From Candidatus Saccharimonadota bacterium (GTDB taxonomy: Bacteria; Patescibacteriota; Saccharimonadia; Saccharimonadales; UBA4665): a stretch of DNA of 32,000 nucleotides. The notes below the pieces were generated by a model that worked only from the letters and a program-made list of their open reading frames with translations, was not told the origin of the DNA and did not search any database. Of this stretch, positions 1-7,966 are shown piece by piece. The stretch covers positions 1,140,001 to 1,172,000 of the forward strand of contig CP025011.1 in assembly GCA_002952755.1 (NCBI GenBank), given 5' to 3'. The first letter of the stretch is position 1. Each line of letters opens with the position of its first letter. Made by a program: the position numbers and the translations under genes.

Positions 1-66
1 TATGACATGAGCGGCAACGCCAGCCTCAGCAGCAGCGACATCACGTCCATCGCCACCAGCTTATAG
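1..66 (+). CDS. 3' end of an unidentified upstream gene (partial, enters from window edge)
   Basis: The frame is open from base 1 (..YDMSGNASLSSSDITSIATSL) and ends at TAG 64-66. It is too short to identify. Confidence 0.25.
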   Translation, partial: YDMSGNASLSSSDITSIATSL

Positions 67-120
67 CGAGTAACCTCTAGCGATCGTGTCACCTCAGTTC
101 CCCTAGAGGGCATTTTCGGC

Positions 121-126
121 TATAAT
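121..126 (+). promoter_or_regulatory. -10 hexamer TATAAT for gltX (leaderless geometry)
   Basis: A perfect TATAAT ends 7 nt before the gltX ATG at 134, with no Shine-Dalgarno sequence between them. No convincing -35 was seen. Confidence 0.45.
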
Positions 127-133
127 CACCCTC

Positions 134-1561
134 ATGAAACCAGCCCGCACCCGATTTGCTCCCAGCCCTACTGGCTACCTCCACGTTGGCGGTGTCCGAA
201 CGGCTTTATTTGCCTGGCTTTTAGCAAAACAAAGCAAAGGGCAGTTTATCTTACGGCTGGAGGATACTGATAAAGCACGCGAAGTGCAAGGTTCCGAGCG
301 GCACATTATAGATAGCCTGCATTGGCTCGGCTTGCAGTGGGACGAAGGGGTGGATATTGGTGGTCCCTATGCGCCCTACAAACAAAGTGAACGCTTATCA
401 ATATACAAGGAGTGGGGTGAAAAATTAGTGGCCAAAGGAAGGGCATATGCCGACCCCTACACTCAAGCAGAAGTCGAAACCTTTAGGCAACAGGCTAAAG
501 ATAGCAAACAACCGTTCTTGTTCCGCAACCACCGTCCAGAAAACCCACCAATATGGGACGGCACCCAGCCTTTACGCTTCAAGTCCGACCCAAAAGCCTA
601 TACCTGGCATGACGCCGTCATGGGAGAATTATCTGCAGGAGAAGAGGCGATCGACGATTTTATCCTCATAAAATCAGATGGTTACCCCACTTATAACTTT
701 TGCCACATTATTGATGATCTACTCATGAACTGCACCCATGTCATTCGTTCGCAGGAGTTCGTATCGAGTATACCGCGTTTTCTTAATCTCTACGAAGCAC
801 TTGAAATAGAGCGACCCATATTAGCCACTCTGCCTGTAGTACTGGGGCCCGACGGCAAGAAAAAATTATCCAAACGCGACGGAGCTAAAGATATCTTGGA
901 CTACGCACGTGAAGGCTATCTGCCAGAAGCGATGATGAATTTTATGGCCACTTTGGGCTGGAATGATGGAACTGAGCAAGAAATCTTTAGCGCCCAAGAG
1001 CTGATTGATACATTCCAGCTTGATCGCGTACAGCGGGGCGGTGCTAAGTTTGACGAGCAGCGCCTACTATGGATGAATGGCATGCATATGAGGGCCTTAT
1101 CGATCGATGATGTGGCCACTCGCGCCCAGACCTTTTGGCCACCAGAAGCCGCCAGTTACACCGACGACTACAAAAAACGTATCCTCAGGCTCGTTCAGGA
1201 GCGGCTAAAGTATTTTGCCGAACTACCTGCGCTCACCAGCTTCTTCTTCCAGGATTTACCAATTAATCCGAGTTTATGGACCGAGAACAAACAACTTAAA
1301 AAACTGAACGCCGGTGAATTAAAAAACCTACTTAATCTAGCCCGTAACACGCTTGCCGAATGCGACTTTTCGGTTACTTGTCTCACTAACCACTTGAACG
1401 ATTTATTGGAAAAAACACAGCAAAAGCCAGCGGTTTTGTTCAGCCTCGTCCGTATTGCCACCACCCAGGCGCCAGCTAGCCCAGCGCTAGCGGAAACGCT
1501 TGCCGTTCTTGGCAGAGAAGTTGTCCTGCGTCGTATCGACGCCATGCTACCTACATTGTAG
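134..1561 (+). CDS. gltX: glutamate--tRNA ligase (GluRS)
   Basis: 475-aa ORF. It has a class I aaRS HIGH-type motif (RFAPSPTGYLHVGG), the 'RLEDTD' motif and a KMSKS-type 'KLSKRDG'. Confidence 0.95.
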   Translation: MKPARTRFAPSPTGYLHVGGVRTALFAWLLAKQSKGQFILRLEDTDKAREVQGSERHIIDSLHWLGLQWDEGVDIGGPYAPYKQSERLSIYKEWGEKLVAKGRAYADPYTQAEVETFRQQAKDSKQPFLFRNHRPENPPIWDGTQPLRFKSDPKAYTWHDAVMGELSAGEEAIDDFILIKSDGYPTYNFCHIIDDLLMNCTHVIRSQEFVSSIPRFLNLYEALEIERPILATLPVVLGPDGKKKLSKRDGAKDILDYAREGYLPEAMMNFMATLGWNDGTEQEIFSAQELIDTFQLDRVQRGGAKFDEQRLLWMNGMHMRALSIDDVATRAQTFWPPEAASYTDDYKKRILRLVQERLKYFAELPALTSFFFQDLPINPSLWTENKQLKKLNAGELKNLLNLARNTLAECDFSVTCLTNHLNDLLEKTQQKPAVLFSLVRIATTQAPASPALAETLAVLGREVVLRRIDAMLPTL

Positions 1562-1621
1562 CCAATTGCCTCCTATCTTTCGCCATTGCCGTCATGCTGG
1601 CCCTGCATCCAGAGCTAGTTC

Positions 1622-1730
1622 TATCCTGATGGCAACCCCTCTTCAAGTAGAGCGTTTCGCGCAGGCCAGCTTACGCTGGTCTGGCTGCACTACGCTTGAC
1701 TCTACTTGAAGAGGGGTTGCCATCAGGATA
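1622..1730 (+). repeat. palindromic structured element, copy 1 (candidate ncRNA, + sense)
   Basis: 1622-1652 and 1700-1730 are perfect reverse complements (31 bp) around a 47-nt interior. The core 1647-1705 matches the reverse complement of 5000-5058. Confidence 0.6.
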
Positions 1731-1753
1731 TCAGTGTGTCTGAAAGCATAAGC

Positions 1754-1762
1754 TGATACAAT
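1754..1762 (+). promoter_or_regulatory. extended -10 (TGaTACAAT) for the DUF3048 gene
   Basis: TGATACAAT ends 7 nt before the ATG at 1770, with no SD sequence. Confidence 0.4.
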
Positions 1763-1769
1763 AAGGCTC

Positions 1770-3023
1770 ATGATTGATGGCTTTCGTAAACGCCAGCCCG
1801 GTAAGTTCGTGCATCCTGCCGCACACCACGTTGCGTCGCATGCAGTTGTAAGTGACCATTCCAAAGCTGCCATACAATCACCCCAGACCGTCAGCCATAA
1901 CGACCAAGCTGCAGAGTCGGCAAGCGTCACTCCCAAGCCAAAAAAACGTTCTTTTAAAGAATGGCTGCGAGCGCGCACCAAAAAACAATGGATTATCTTT
2001 AGTGTTGCCACAGGAGTTGTACTGATTGGAGGCGGGGTAGGAGCTTTTGCGCTTTTTCACCACAGCAAGCCAGCACCTGTCGCTGTAACCAAGCCAAAAC
2101 CAATTGTGGTTGTCAAACCCAAGCCGACAACGGCCGCAAGCAACCTTACCGGCTTGCAGGTTGACCCGGCCATCAATCAACGGCCAGTGACGGCCATCAT
2201 GATCGAAAACAGCGAGGATGCCCGGCCACAATCGGGCCTTGGCCAGGCAGGAGTGGTATTTGAAGCAGTAGCAGAGGGCGGCATCACTCGCTTCGTTGCG
2301 CTTTTTCAAGACACTGCTCCAGCATATATCGGCCCGGTACGCTCTGTCCGGCCATACTACCTGCAGTTCTTGCTTGGTTTTGATGCGCCCGTGGCACACG
2401 TTGGCGGCAGCCCGGAAGGAATCGCCGATATTGGAGCCTGGGGGGCTAAGGATCTCGATCAGTTCTACAACAGCGGGTACTACCACCGTATTTCCAGCCG
2501 CTATGCTCCACATAATGTCTACACCAGCATGGCCGAGTTAAATGACCTGGAGAATAAAAAAGGCTTCGCGACCAGCAAGTTCACGAGCCTGGCCAGAAAA
2601 GTAGAAGCGCCCGCAAAAACACCGAATGCCACGGGCATTGACTTCACCATATCCAGCGCAGACTTCAACGTTCATTACGATTACGATGCTCCTACCAATA
2701 GCTACAAGCGTAGCGAGGGTGGCGTACCGCACATGGAGCTAAACCAAGACGGATCGAAAATCCAAATCCAGCCGAAGGTAGTAGTCGCGCTCGTACTTAA
2801 CCAGGGTATCGAGGCCGACGACCTGCATACCAGCTACGACATGATCGGCTCTGGGCCTGTCTATATTTTCCAGGACGGTATTGTCGCCTCTGGGTCATGG
2901 CATAAAGCCAGCAACAACGCCAACCTGACCTTCACCGATGCCAATGGCAGCGCCCTAAAGCTAAATCCCGGACAAACCTGGTTTACCGCCGTTAACTCTA
3001 CTGGCCACGTCGCCTACAAATAA
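1770..3023 (+). CDS. membrane-anchored DUF3048 (YerB-like) domain protein
   Basis: 417-aa ORF with a single TM helix (WIIFSVATGVVLIGGGVGAFALF). Downstream segments match what I remember of DUF3048: 'VTAIMIENSEDARPQSGLGQAGVVFEAVAEGGITRFVALF' and 'VRSVRPYY'. Confidence 0.75.
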   Translation: MIDGFRKRQPGKFVHPAAHHVASHAVVSDHSKAAIQSPQTVSHNDQAAESASVTPKPKKRSFKEWLRARTKKQWIIFSVATGVVLIGGGVGAFALFHHSKPAPVAVTKPKPIVVVKPKPTTAASNLTGLQVDPAINQRPVTAIMIENSEDARPQSGLGQAGVVFEAVAEGGITRFVALFQDTAPAYIGPVRSVRPYYLQFLLGFDAPVAHVGGSPEGIADIGAWGAKDLDQFYNSGYYHRISSRYAPHNVYTSMAELNDLENKKGFATSKFTSLARKVEAPAKTPNATGIDFTISSADFNVHYDYDAPTNSYKRSEGGVPHMELNQDGSKIQIQPKVVVALVLNQGIEADDLHTSYDMIGSGPVYIFQDGIVASGSWHKASNNANLTFTDANGSALKLNPGQTWFTAVNSTGHVAYK

Positions 3024-3026
3024 TCT

Positions 3027-4568
3027 ATGGACCACTTGCAACGTTTTGTTTCCCAGTTCCGCAGCCGCGTCTTCGTAGTGTTGCTACTCGATAACGCTAT
3101 CATTTTCGGCGACTGGTGGGTAGTAGAACATGTCCTCAAATTGAACGATCTGGGCTTAGCGTTAAGCCTACTTGCCAGTTCGGTCATTGCCATTACCATT
3201 CTGCCTTGGGTAAGCGCCCGCTACCTAACGCAGCCGACGAGGCTTATCTGGCAGGCGATTCTACATATTGCGCCCGACACCACCAACGTTCCAGCGCCCG
3301 ACCTCAAGCGCCGGGGCATCGGCCACGACCTAGTGATAAATCTAGTAAGCCATGTCTATCAACTGGCTAGCGTGGTTGACTCAGTCGAAAAAACGGCCGC
3401 GATTGCCAACCGCGATTTACATAAAGATTTTGTGGCAAAAAATCTACCCCTGCCACTCATCGTGCTCGATAAAGATCAAAACATCGTCTTTGCCAACAAG
3501 GCGATGTGCGACTATTTACAGCGTACCGACGGAGAGACGTCTGGTCAGAATATCTATTCAGTGCTCGACTTATCATTCCCCTCAGAAGAAACGCTCGATA
3601 AATGGCTGCAAAACGCCACCCAAAATGCGGCGGTTACCACCAAAACCTGGGAACGGGTACGCCTCAATATTCAAGGGGGCACAACCACACGCCGGTTCGA
3701 CCTTGCGGCCTACTATAACCGCAGCAACCCCGAAGGCTTCGAGACCATGCTCGTGCTCTTTGACCACCCCAGTTACACCCAGGATGATCAGGCACTCAGC
3801 TTCGTAGCGCTCGCTGTCCACGAGTTACGCACCCCTATAACGCTCTTAAGAGGCTACATCGAGGCGCTCGAGGAAGACCTTGAAGGCAAACTTAACGAAG
3901 AAGACGCCACGTTCATGCATCGTATGAAAGCACAGGCGCAGTCGCTAACGGCTTTTATCAACAACATGCTCAACGTGGCGCGTATTGAGAGTGACCAACT
4001 CGTCCTCAAACTCCAAGAAGATACCTGGCAAGATATTGTCACTACTGCAGTCAACGATGTCTCGCTCAGAGCAAAGATCGTTGGCGTTGAATTATCGGCG
4101 GAAATCGCACCAAACTTGCCAAAGGTTGGCGTCGACCGCGTGGGTATTTACGAAGTACTGGTCAACCTCCTTGATAACGCTATTAAATACAGCGGCAAAG
4201 GCGCCGGCAAAAAAGTACTAGTACGCGCTGTCCTTAACAAGGAAGGAATGATCGAAACCACCGTACAGGACTCAGGCGCCGGTATCCCAACCAGCCTGCT
4301 GGCTAATTTATTCGAAAAATTTTACCGTTCGCACCGTTCGCGTAATCAGGTCGGCGGCACGGGGCTCGGACTCTACCTTAGCAAAACAATCGTCGATGCC
4401 CATGGCGGGCACATCTGGGTAAATAGCAAGGAAGGGGCAGGGAGCACTTTTGGCTTTACCGTGCTACCCTATGCGAAAGTTGCCGAAGAGAAAAGAAACG
4501 GCGATAATAACGGTATCAGCCGTGGCGCTCATGGCTGGATTAAAAATCATTCACTGTACAGCAGGTAA
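3027..4568 (+). CDS. sensor histidine kinase (PAS-like + HisKA + HATPase_c)
   Basis: H-box 'LAVHELRTPITLLRGYIEAL', N-box 'LVNLLDNAIKYS', and G-boxes 'DSGAGIP' and 'GGTGLGLYLSKTIV'. The N-terminus is hydrophobic. The gene starts 3 nt after the DUF3048 stop. Confidence 0.9.
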   Translation: MDHLQRFVSQFRSRVFVVLLLDNAIIFGDWWVVEHVLKLNDLGLALSLLASSVIAITILPWVSARYLTQPTRLIWQAILHIAPDTTNVPAPDLKRRGIGHDLVINLVSHVYQLASVVDSVEKTAAIANRDLHKDFVAKNLPLPLIVLDKDQNIVFANKAMCDYLQRTDGETSGQNIYSVLDLSFPSEETLDKWLQNATQNAAVTTKTWERVRLNIQGGTTTRRFDLAAYYNRSNPEGFETMLVLFDHPSYTQDDQALSFVALAVHELRTPITLLRGYIEALEEDLEGKLNEEDATFMHRMKAQAQSLTAFINNMLNVARIESDQLVLKLQEDTWQDIVTTAVNDVSLRAKIVGVELSAEIAPNLPKVGVDRVGIYEVLVNLLDNAIKYSGKGAGKKVLVRAVLNKEGMIETTVQDSGAGIPTSLLANLFEKFYRSHRSRNQVGGTGLGLYLSKTIVDAHGGHIWVNSKEGAGSTFGFTVLPYAKVAEEKRNGDNNGISRGAHGWIKNHSLYSR

Positions 4569-4575
4569 TTAATAT

Positions 4576-4965
4576 ATGGAACCCACGCAAAATCCCTCCA
4601 ACCGCCAGGTACTCGTCGTCGAAGACGAACATTTTATCAGCGAACTGTACGTTCGTGCCCTCACTCGAGCGGGCTACAGGGTCACTGTCGAAGTCGATGG
4701 GCAGCGGGGCCTGGAACTGGCCAAAACCGATCGGTTTGACATCATCCTGCTTGACCTTATGGTTCCTACTATCACCGGTATCGAAGTCCTACGCGCACTC
4801 CGTAGCCCGAATGCAAAGCCCTTAAAGGCAAAAATTGTCATCACTACCAACCTCGAACAGCGCGAAGAAATCAGAGCAGACATCGAGAAACAGGCCGACG
4901 CCTATCTTGTCAAAGCCGAGATTACCCCCCGCGAGTTAGTAGAATTCTTACATACAATCAAGTAG
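4576..4965 (+). CDS. single-domain response regulator (REC only)
   Basis: 129 aa with 'VLVVEDEHF', phospho-acceptor context 'IILLDLMVP' and 'YLVKAE'. There is no output domain. It starts 7 nt after the kinase stop. Confidence 0.9.
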   Translation: MEPTQNPSNRQVLVVEDEHFISELYVRALTRAGYRVTVEVDGQRGLELAKTDRFDIILLDLMVPTITGIEVLRALRSPNAKPLKAKIVITTNLEQREEIRADIEKQADAYLVKAEITPRELVEFLHTIK

Positions 4966-4975
4966 TTAATGCGCT

Positions 4976-5082
4976 AAGAGTAGCGGCGTCCTGTTTTCAG
5001 TAGAGTCAAGCGTAGTGCAACCAGACCGACTTTAGCCGGCCTGAGTGAAACGCTCTACTGAAAACAGTACGCCGCTACTCTT
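4976..5082 (-). repeat. palindromic structured element, copy 2 (candidate ncRNA, - sense)
   Basis: The 30-nt arms 4976-5005 and 5053-5082 pair at 29/30 positions (C4990/T5068 mismatch) around a 47-nt interior. The core is the reverse complement of copy 1's core (50/59 identical by hand count). Confidence 0.6.
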
Positions 5083-5139
5083 CTTGAACAGGAAGACTGT
5101 AATAAAAGAAGGAGAAAGAAGTTACAATAGGTCTTACTT

Positions 5140-5493
5140 ATGAATGAAGAGCAGCAACAAGATGGTGTAAGCATCCATAGCGGTTTTCCCAATCCTGCTA
5201 CCGACCGTCGTTTAACTGGGCTAGATCTTAATATGCTGCTCGTTACGCACAGTGCCAGTACCTATATGTTCCGGGTACGCGGCAATGAGTGGGAAGGTGT
5301 TGGCGTATTCGACGGTGATATTGCCATCGTCGACCGGGCGCTTGATCCACGCAAAAACGACGTTGTGCTGTGGTGGGACGAGACTCGTGGTGAGTTTATC
5401 ATTGCTCACTACCAGGATCTACCCGAGCACAGTAGCCTGTGGGGCGTAGTTAGCGCAACGATTCATGAATTCCGAAAGCGGGCTGTCCTATGA
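5140..5493 (+). CDS. UmuD-like S24-fold protein lacking the Ser/Lys catalytic dyad
   Basis: 117 aa. 'SGFPNPATD..LDLNMLLVTHSASTYMFRVRGNEW..FDGDIAIVD..GEFIIAHYQ' aligns to E. coli UmuD '[51 protein letters not shown]'. The stop overlaps the next start (ATGA). Confidence 0.75.
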   Translation: MNEEQQQDGVSIHSGFPNPATDRRLTGLDLNMLLVTHSASTYMFRVRGNEWEGVGVFDGDIAIVDRALDPRKNDVVLWWDETRGEFIIAHYQDLPEHSSLWGVVSATIHEFRKRAVL

Positions 5494-6791
5494 CTGCTCA
5501 GACTATTTTCGCGCTCATCGACTGCAATAACTTCTTTGTCAGTTGCGAGCGCTTGTTCCGTCCTGACCTGGAAAACAAACCAGTCGTGGTACTGAGCAGT
5601 AACGATGGCTGTATCGTTGCACGCAGCAACGAGGCGAAGGCGCTCGGCATACCAATGGGCGCGCCAGCGTTTCAGTGGCGTGAAACATTTAAACGGGAAC
5701 GCGTAACGACATTCTCAGCCAACTTCGAAATCTATGGCGACATCAGCAAACGGATCACGTCGCTACTCACCACCATCACGCCACGTATCGAAGTTTACTC
5801 AGTAGATGAATCATTCCTCGATCTCAGCCTACTGCACATTGACGATTATGCCGCCTGGGGTTCCATGGTAAGGGCTAGCATTCTCAAAAATATCGGCGTG
5901 CCCGTGTCAATCGGCATCGCACCCACTAAGACGTTAGCGAAACTGTCTAGCGAGCTTGCCAAACAGCATCAAGCCTTTGGCGGGGTAGTGGACTGGATAC
6001 AGGCTAGTGACGATTGGCGACGCGGTGCACTTAACAAAGTCCTCATTAAAGATGTCTGGGGAGTAGGTCGGCAGCTGGCCCCAAAACTCCGGGCCGAAGG
6101 CATAGGTACCGCGCTAGCCCTTAGCCAACTCCGGCCACAACATGCCCAGCAACTTATGGGTATTCATGGACGACAATTGGTTACCGAACTGAGCGGCACC
6201 AGCTGTTATCCGCTGGAACGCGAACACGCCGCAGCCAAAAGCATCCTACGCTCGCGTACCTTCGGTGAGGATGTAAGCCAGGCCCACGTACTAGAGTCGG
6301 CGATTGCCACCATGGGAACACAGGCGGCTTTTACGCTGAGGAGGCAAAAGCTCCTGGCCCGCCGGATCGGTTTCTTCGTTAATACCAACCGGCACAAACC
6401 AGGCTATCGCCGCTGGGTGCAGGAGATACAACTCAACCAGCCAACGAACGATACAGGACAGATTATCTCTATGCTCGCCCAAAAACTAAACGATATCTTC
6501 AGCAGCACCCAGTCTTATCATCGTCTTGGCGTATTTTTGTACGACCTCCTGTCAGAACAAGCGCTCCAAACCGACCTGCTGGGCCTGGTAAGTGCTCACG
6601 GGCACGATCGTGCAACACAGCGCATGCAGGCCGTAGATCACATCAACACCAAGCATGGGCGTGGCAAGATCTACTTCGCCGCCGAGGATCTTGGCAATAG
6701 TTGGCAGCCCAAACACCAAATCAGGTCGCCTCGATATTTGAGTAGCTGGGATGAGCTGCCAGAGGCGCACATTATGCCAAGGGCGAAGTAA
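5490..6791 (+). CDS. umuC: Y-family DNA polymerase, UmuC-like
   Basis: 433 aa. The N-terminus 'FALIDCNNFFVSCERLFRPDLENKPVVVLSSNDGCIVARSNEAKALGIPMG' and catalytic 'YSVDESFLD' closely resemble UmuC. Confidence 0.9.
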   Translation: MTAQTIFALIDCNNFFVSCERLFRPDLENKPVVVLSSNDGCIVARSNEAKALGIPMGAPAFQWRETFKRERVTTFSANFEIYGDISKRITSLLTTITPRIEVYSVDESFLDLSLLHIDDYAAWGSMVRASILKNIGVPVSIGIAPTKTLAKLSSELAKQHQAFGGVVDWIQASDDWRRGALNKVLIKDVWGVGRQLAPKLRAEGIGTALALSQLRPQHAQQLMGIHGRQLVTELSGTSCYPLEREHAAAKSILRSRTFGEDVSQAHVLESAIATMGTQAAFTLRRQKLLARRIGFFVNTNRHKPGYRRWVQEIQLNQPTNDTGQIISMLAQKLNDIFSSTQSYHRLGVFLYDLLSEQALQTDLLGLVSAHGHDRATQRMQAVDHINTKHGRGKIYFAAEDLGNSWQPKHQIRSPRYLSSWDELPEAHIMPRAK

Positions 6792-6796
6792 TTGCT

Positions 6797-7426
6797 ATGG
6801 ACCCGCTCGTCACCTCGCTCCTTCAGCGTTATCCGCTGATATCCGACCAAGTAAGCCGCGAAGACATCCAAGTAATTCTCCGTGCACTTCATCATACGCT
6901 TAGGCAGGGAATACCAGGGGCGATCGTTGAGCTTGGCTGCTATGTAGGTACCAGTAGCCTGTTCCTTCGCAGACTGCTGGATGCGCTTGGGCAGTCCAGC
7001 GCGCGCGAATTTCACGTCTACGACTCATTTGTCGGACTACCCGAAAAGGCCAGGCAAGACCAAAGTGCAGTGGGGGTAGACTTTGCCGCAGGCGAGCTCA
7101 GCGTCAGCAAAAAGGCATTCTTGCAGCAATTTAGAGCCGCCCATCTCCAGTCGCCTATAATTCACAAAGCCTGGTTCCGGGACTTATCCGATACCGACAT
7201 GCCGTCACCAATCGCTTTTGCTTTTCTTGATGGAGACTTCTATGATTCTATCCTGGACTCTCTGACGCTCGTCTGGCCACGAATGAATCCGGGAGGGATG
7301 GTACTGGTGGACGATTACAACCGCGAGGCCTTACCCGGTGTCGAACGGGCCGTCCACGACTTTTTCCCGGGGCAACGAATGCCGGAGATCCGTGTAGACC
7401 ATAACCTCGCGTCGTTCATCCGTTAG
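6797..7426 (+). CDS. class I SAM-dependent methyltransferase, TylF/Methyltransf_24-like
   Basis: 209 aa with 'IVELGCYVGTSSLF' and the TylF-type 'FLDGDFYDSILDSLTLVWPRMNPGGMVLVDDY'. Confidence 0.7.
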   Translation: MDPLVTSLLQRYPLISDQVSREDIQVILRALHHTLRQGIPGAIVELGCYVGTSSLFLRRLLDALGQSSAREFHVYDSFVGLPEKARQDQSAVGVDFAAGELSVSKKAFLQQFRAAHLQSPIIHKAWFRDLSDTDMPSPIAFAFLDGDFYDSILDSLTLVWPRMNPGGMVLVDDYNREALPGVERAVHDFFPGQRMPEIRVDHNLASFIR

Positions 7427-7481
7427 TCAAGCAGACAAGATTGCTTGCGAAAACACTCGGCTTGGCCGTACTATACCACCT

Positions 7482-7913
7482 ATGAAACTGCACATTATAA
7501 CGGTTGGCGAGCCTAAATTGCCGTATGCCAAGCTCGGCTGGCAAGAATACTACAAACGGCTTAGCCACTACCATCAACTGCGCGCCACACACATACCCGA
7601 TAAGTGGGCCTACGACACCGCTCGGCTATGGGGCGCCGCAGGCAACGCCTACAAGATTGCTTTAGCTATCGAAGGCCATCAATTAAGCAGCGCCGAATTG
7701 GCGACTTTTCTGGATAAACGGTCATTGGAAGGCAGGGAACTCTGTTTACTTGTCGGCGGGCCAGAAGGCCTGCCGGAAGCGGTTATTCAGACGAGCGATT
7801 TTGCCTGGAGTTTTTCTAAATTAACGTTTCCGCACGATCTCGCCATGCTTATATTGCTTGAGACGCTGTATCGGGCAAGCACTATATCGGCCGGGGTGCC
7901 GTATCATAAGTAG
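7482..7913 (+). CDS. rlmH: 23S rRNA (pseudouridine1915-N3)-methyltransferase RlmH
   Basis: 143 aa SPOUT-type protein with 'MKLHIITVGEPK', 'LCLLVGGPEGL' and 'SFSKLTFPHDLAMLILLETLYRA'. TACTAT at 7469-7474 lies 7 nt before the ATG. Confidence 0.9.
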   Translation: MKLHIITVGEPKLPYAKLGWQEYYKRLSHYHQLRATHIPDKWAYDTARLWGAAGNAYKIALAIEGHQLSSAELATFLDKRSLEGRELCLLVGGPEGLPEAVIQTSDFAWSFSKLTFPHDLAMLILLETLYRASTISAGVPYHK

Positions 7914-7966
7914 AAGGATATGCGGCTCGCTTACAGGTGAACCATCTATAATATTTTCCAGAACTC

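Noticed and set aside
1500-2011. ORFs 1500-1709 (+) and 1643-2011 (-) run through the copy-1 palindrome.
   Set aside because: Both contain the same peptide, 'ILMATPLQVE'. This is only because they translate the two arms of a perfect inverted repeat. They sit in an intergenic hairpin or overlap the well-supported DUF3048 gene, so they are artefacts of the palindrome.
1878-2513. A 211-aa antisense ORF lies inside the DUF3048 gene. Similar antisense ORFs occur at 9383-9898, 22409-23023 and 23030-23455.
   Set aside because: Each lies entirely within, and opposite to, a gene with strong motif support. None has a motif, promoter or SD of its own, and their composition is typical of antisense frames.
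5056-5069. TACTGAAAACAGTA as a canonical SOS (LexA) box for the umuDC-like operon.
   Set aside because: The half-sites match the E. coli consensus, but the spacer is 4 nt instead of 10. The sequence is also part of the hairpin arm of the repeat element. It is kept only as a curiosity inside the copy-2 finding and is not called as an operator.
7428-7447. A small hairpin, CAAGCA-N8-TGCTTG, after the methyltransferase gene as a possible terminator. A similar weak hairpin lies near 19930-19950, after the S66 peptidase.
   Set aside because: The stems are only 6 bp and no T-run follows, which is too weak to call.
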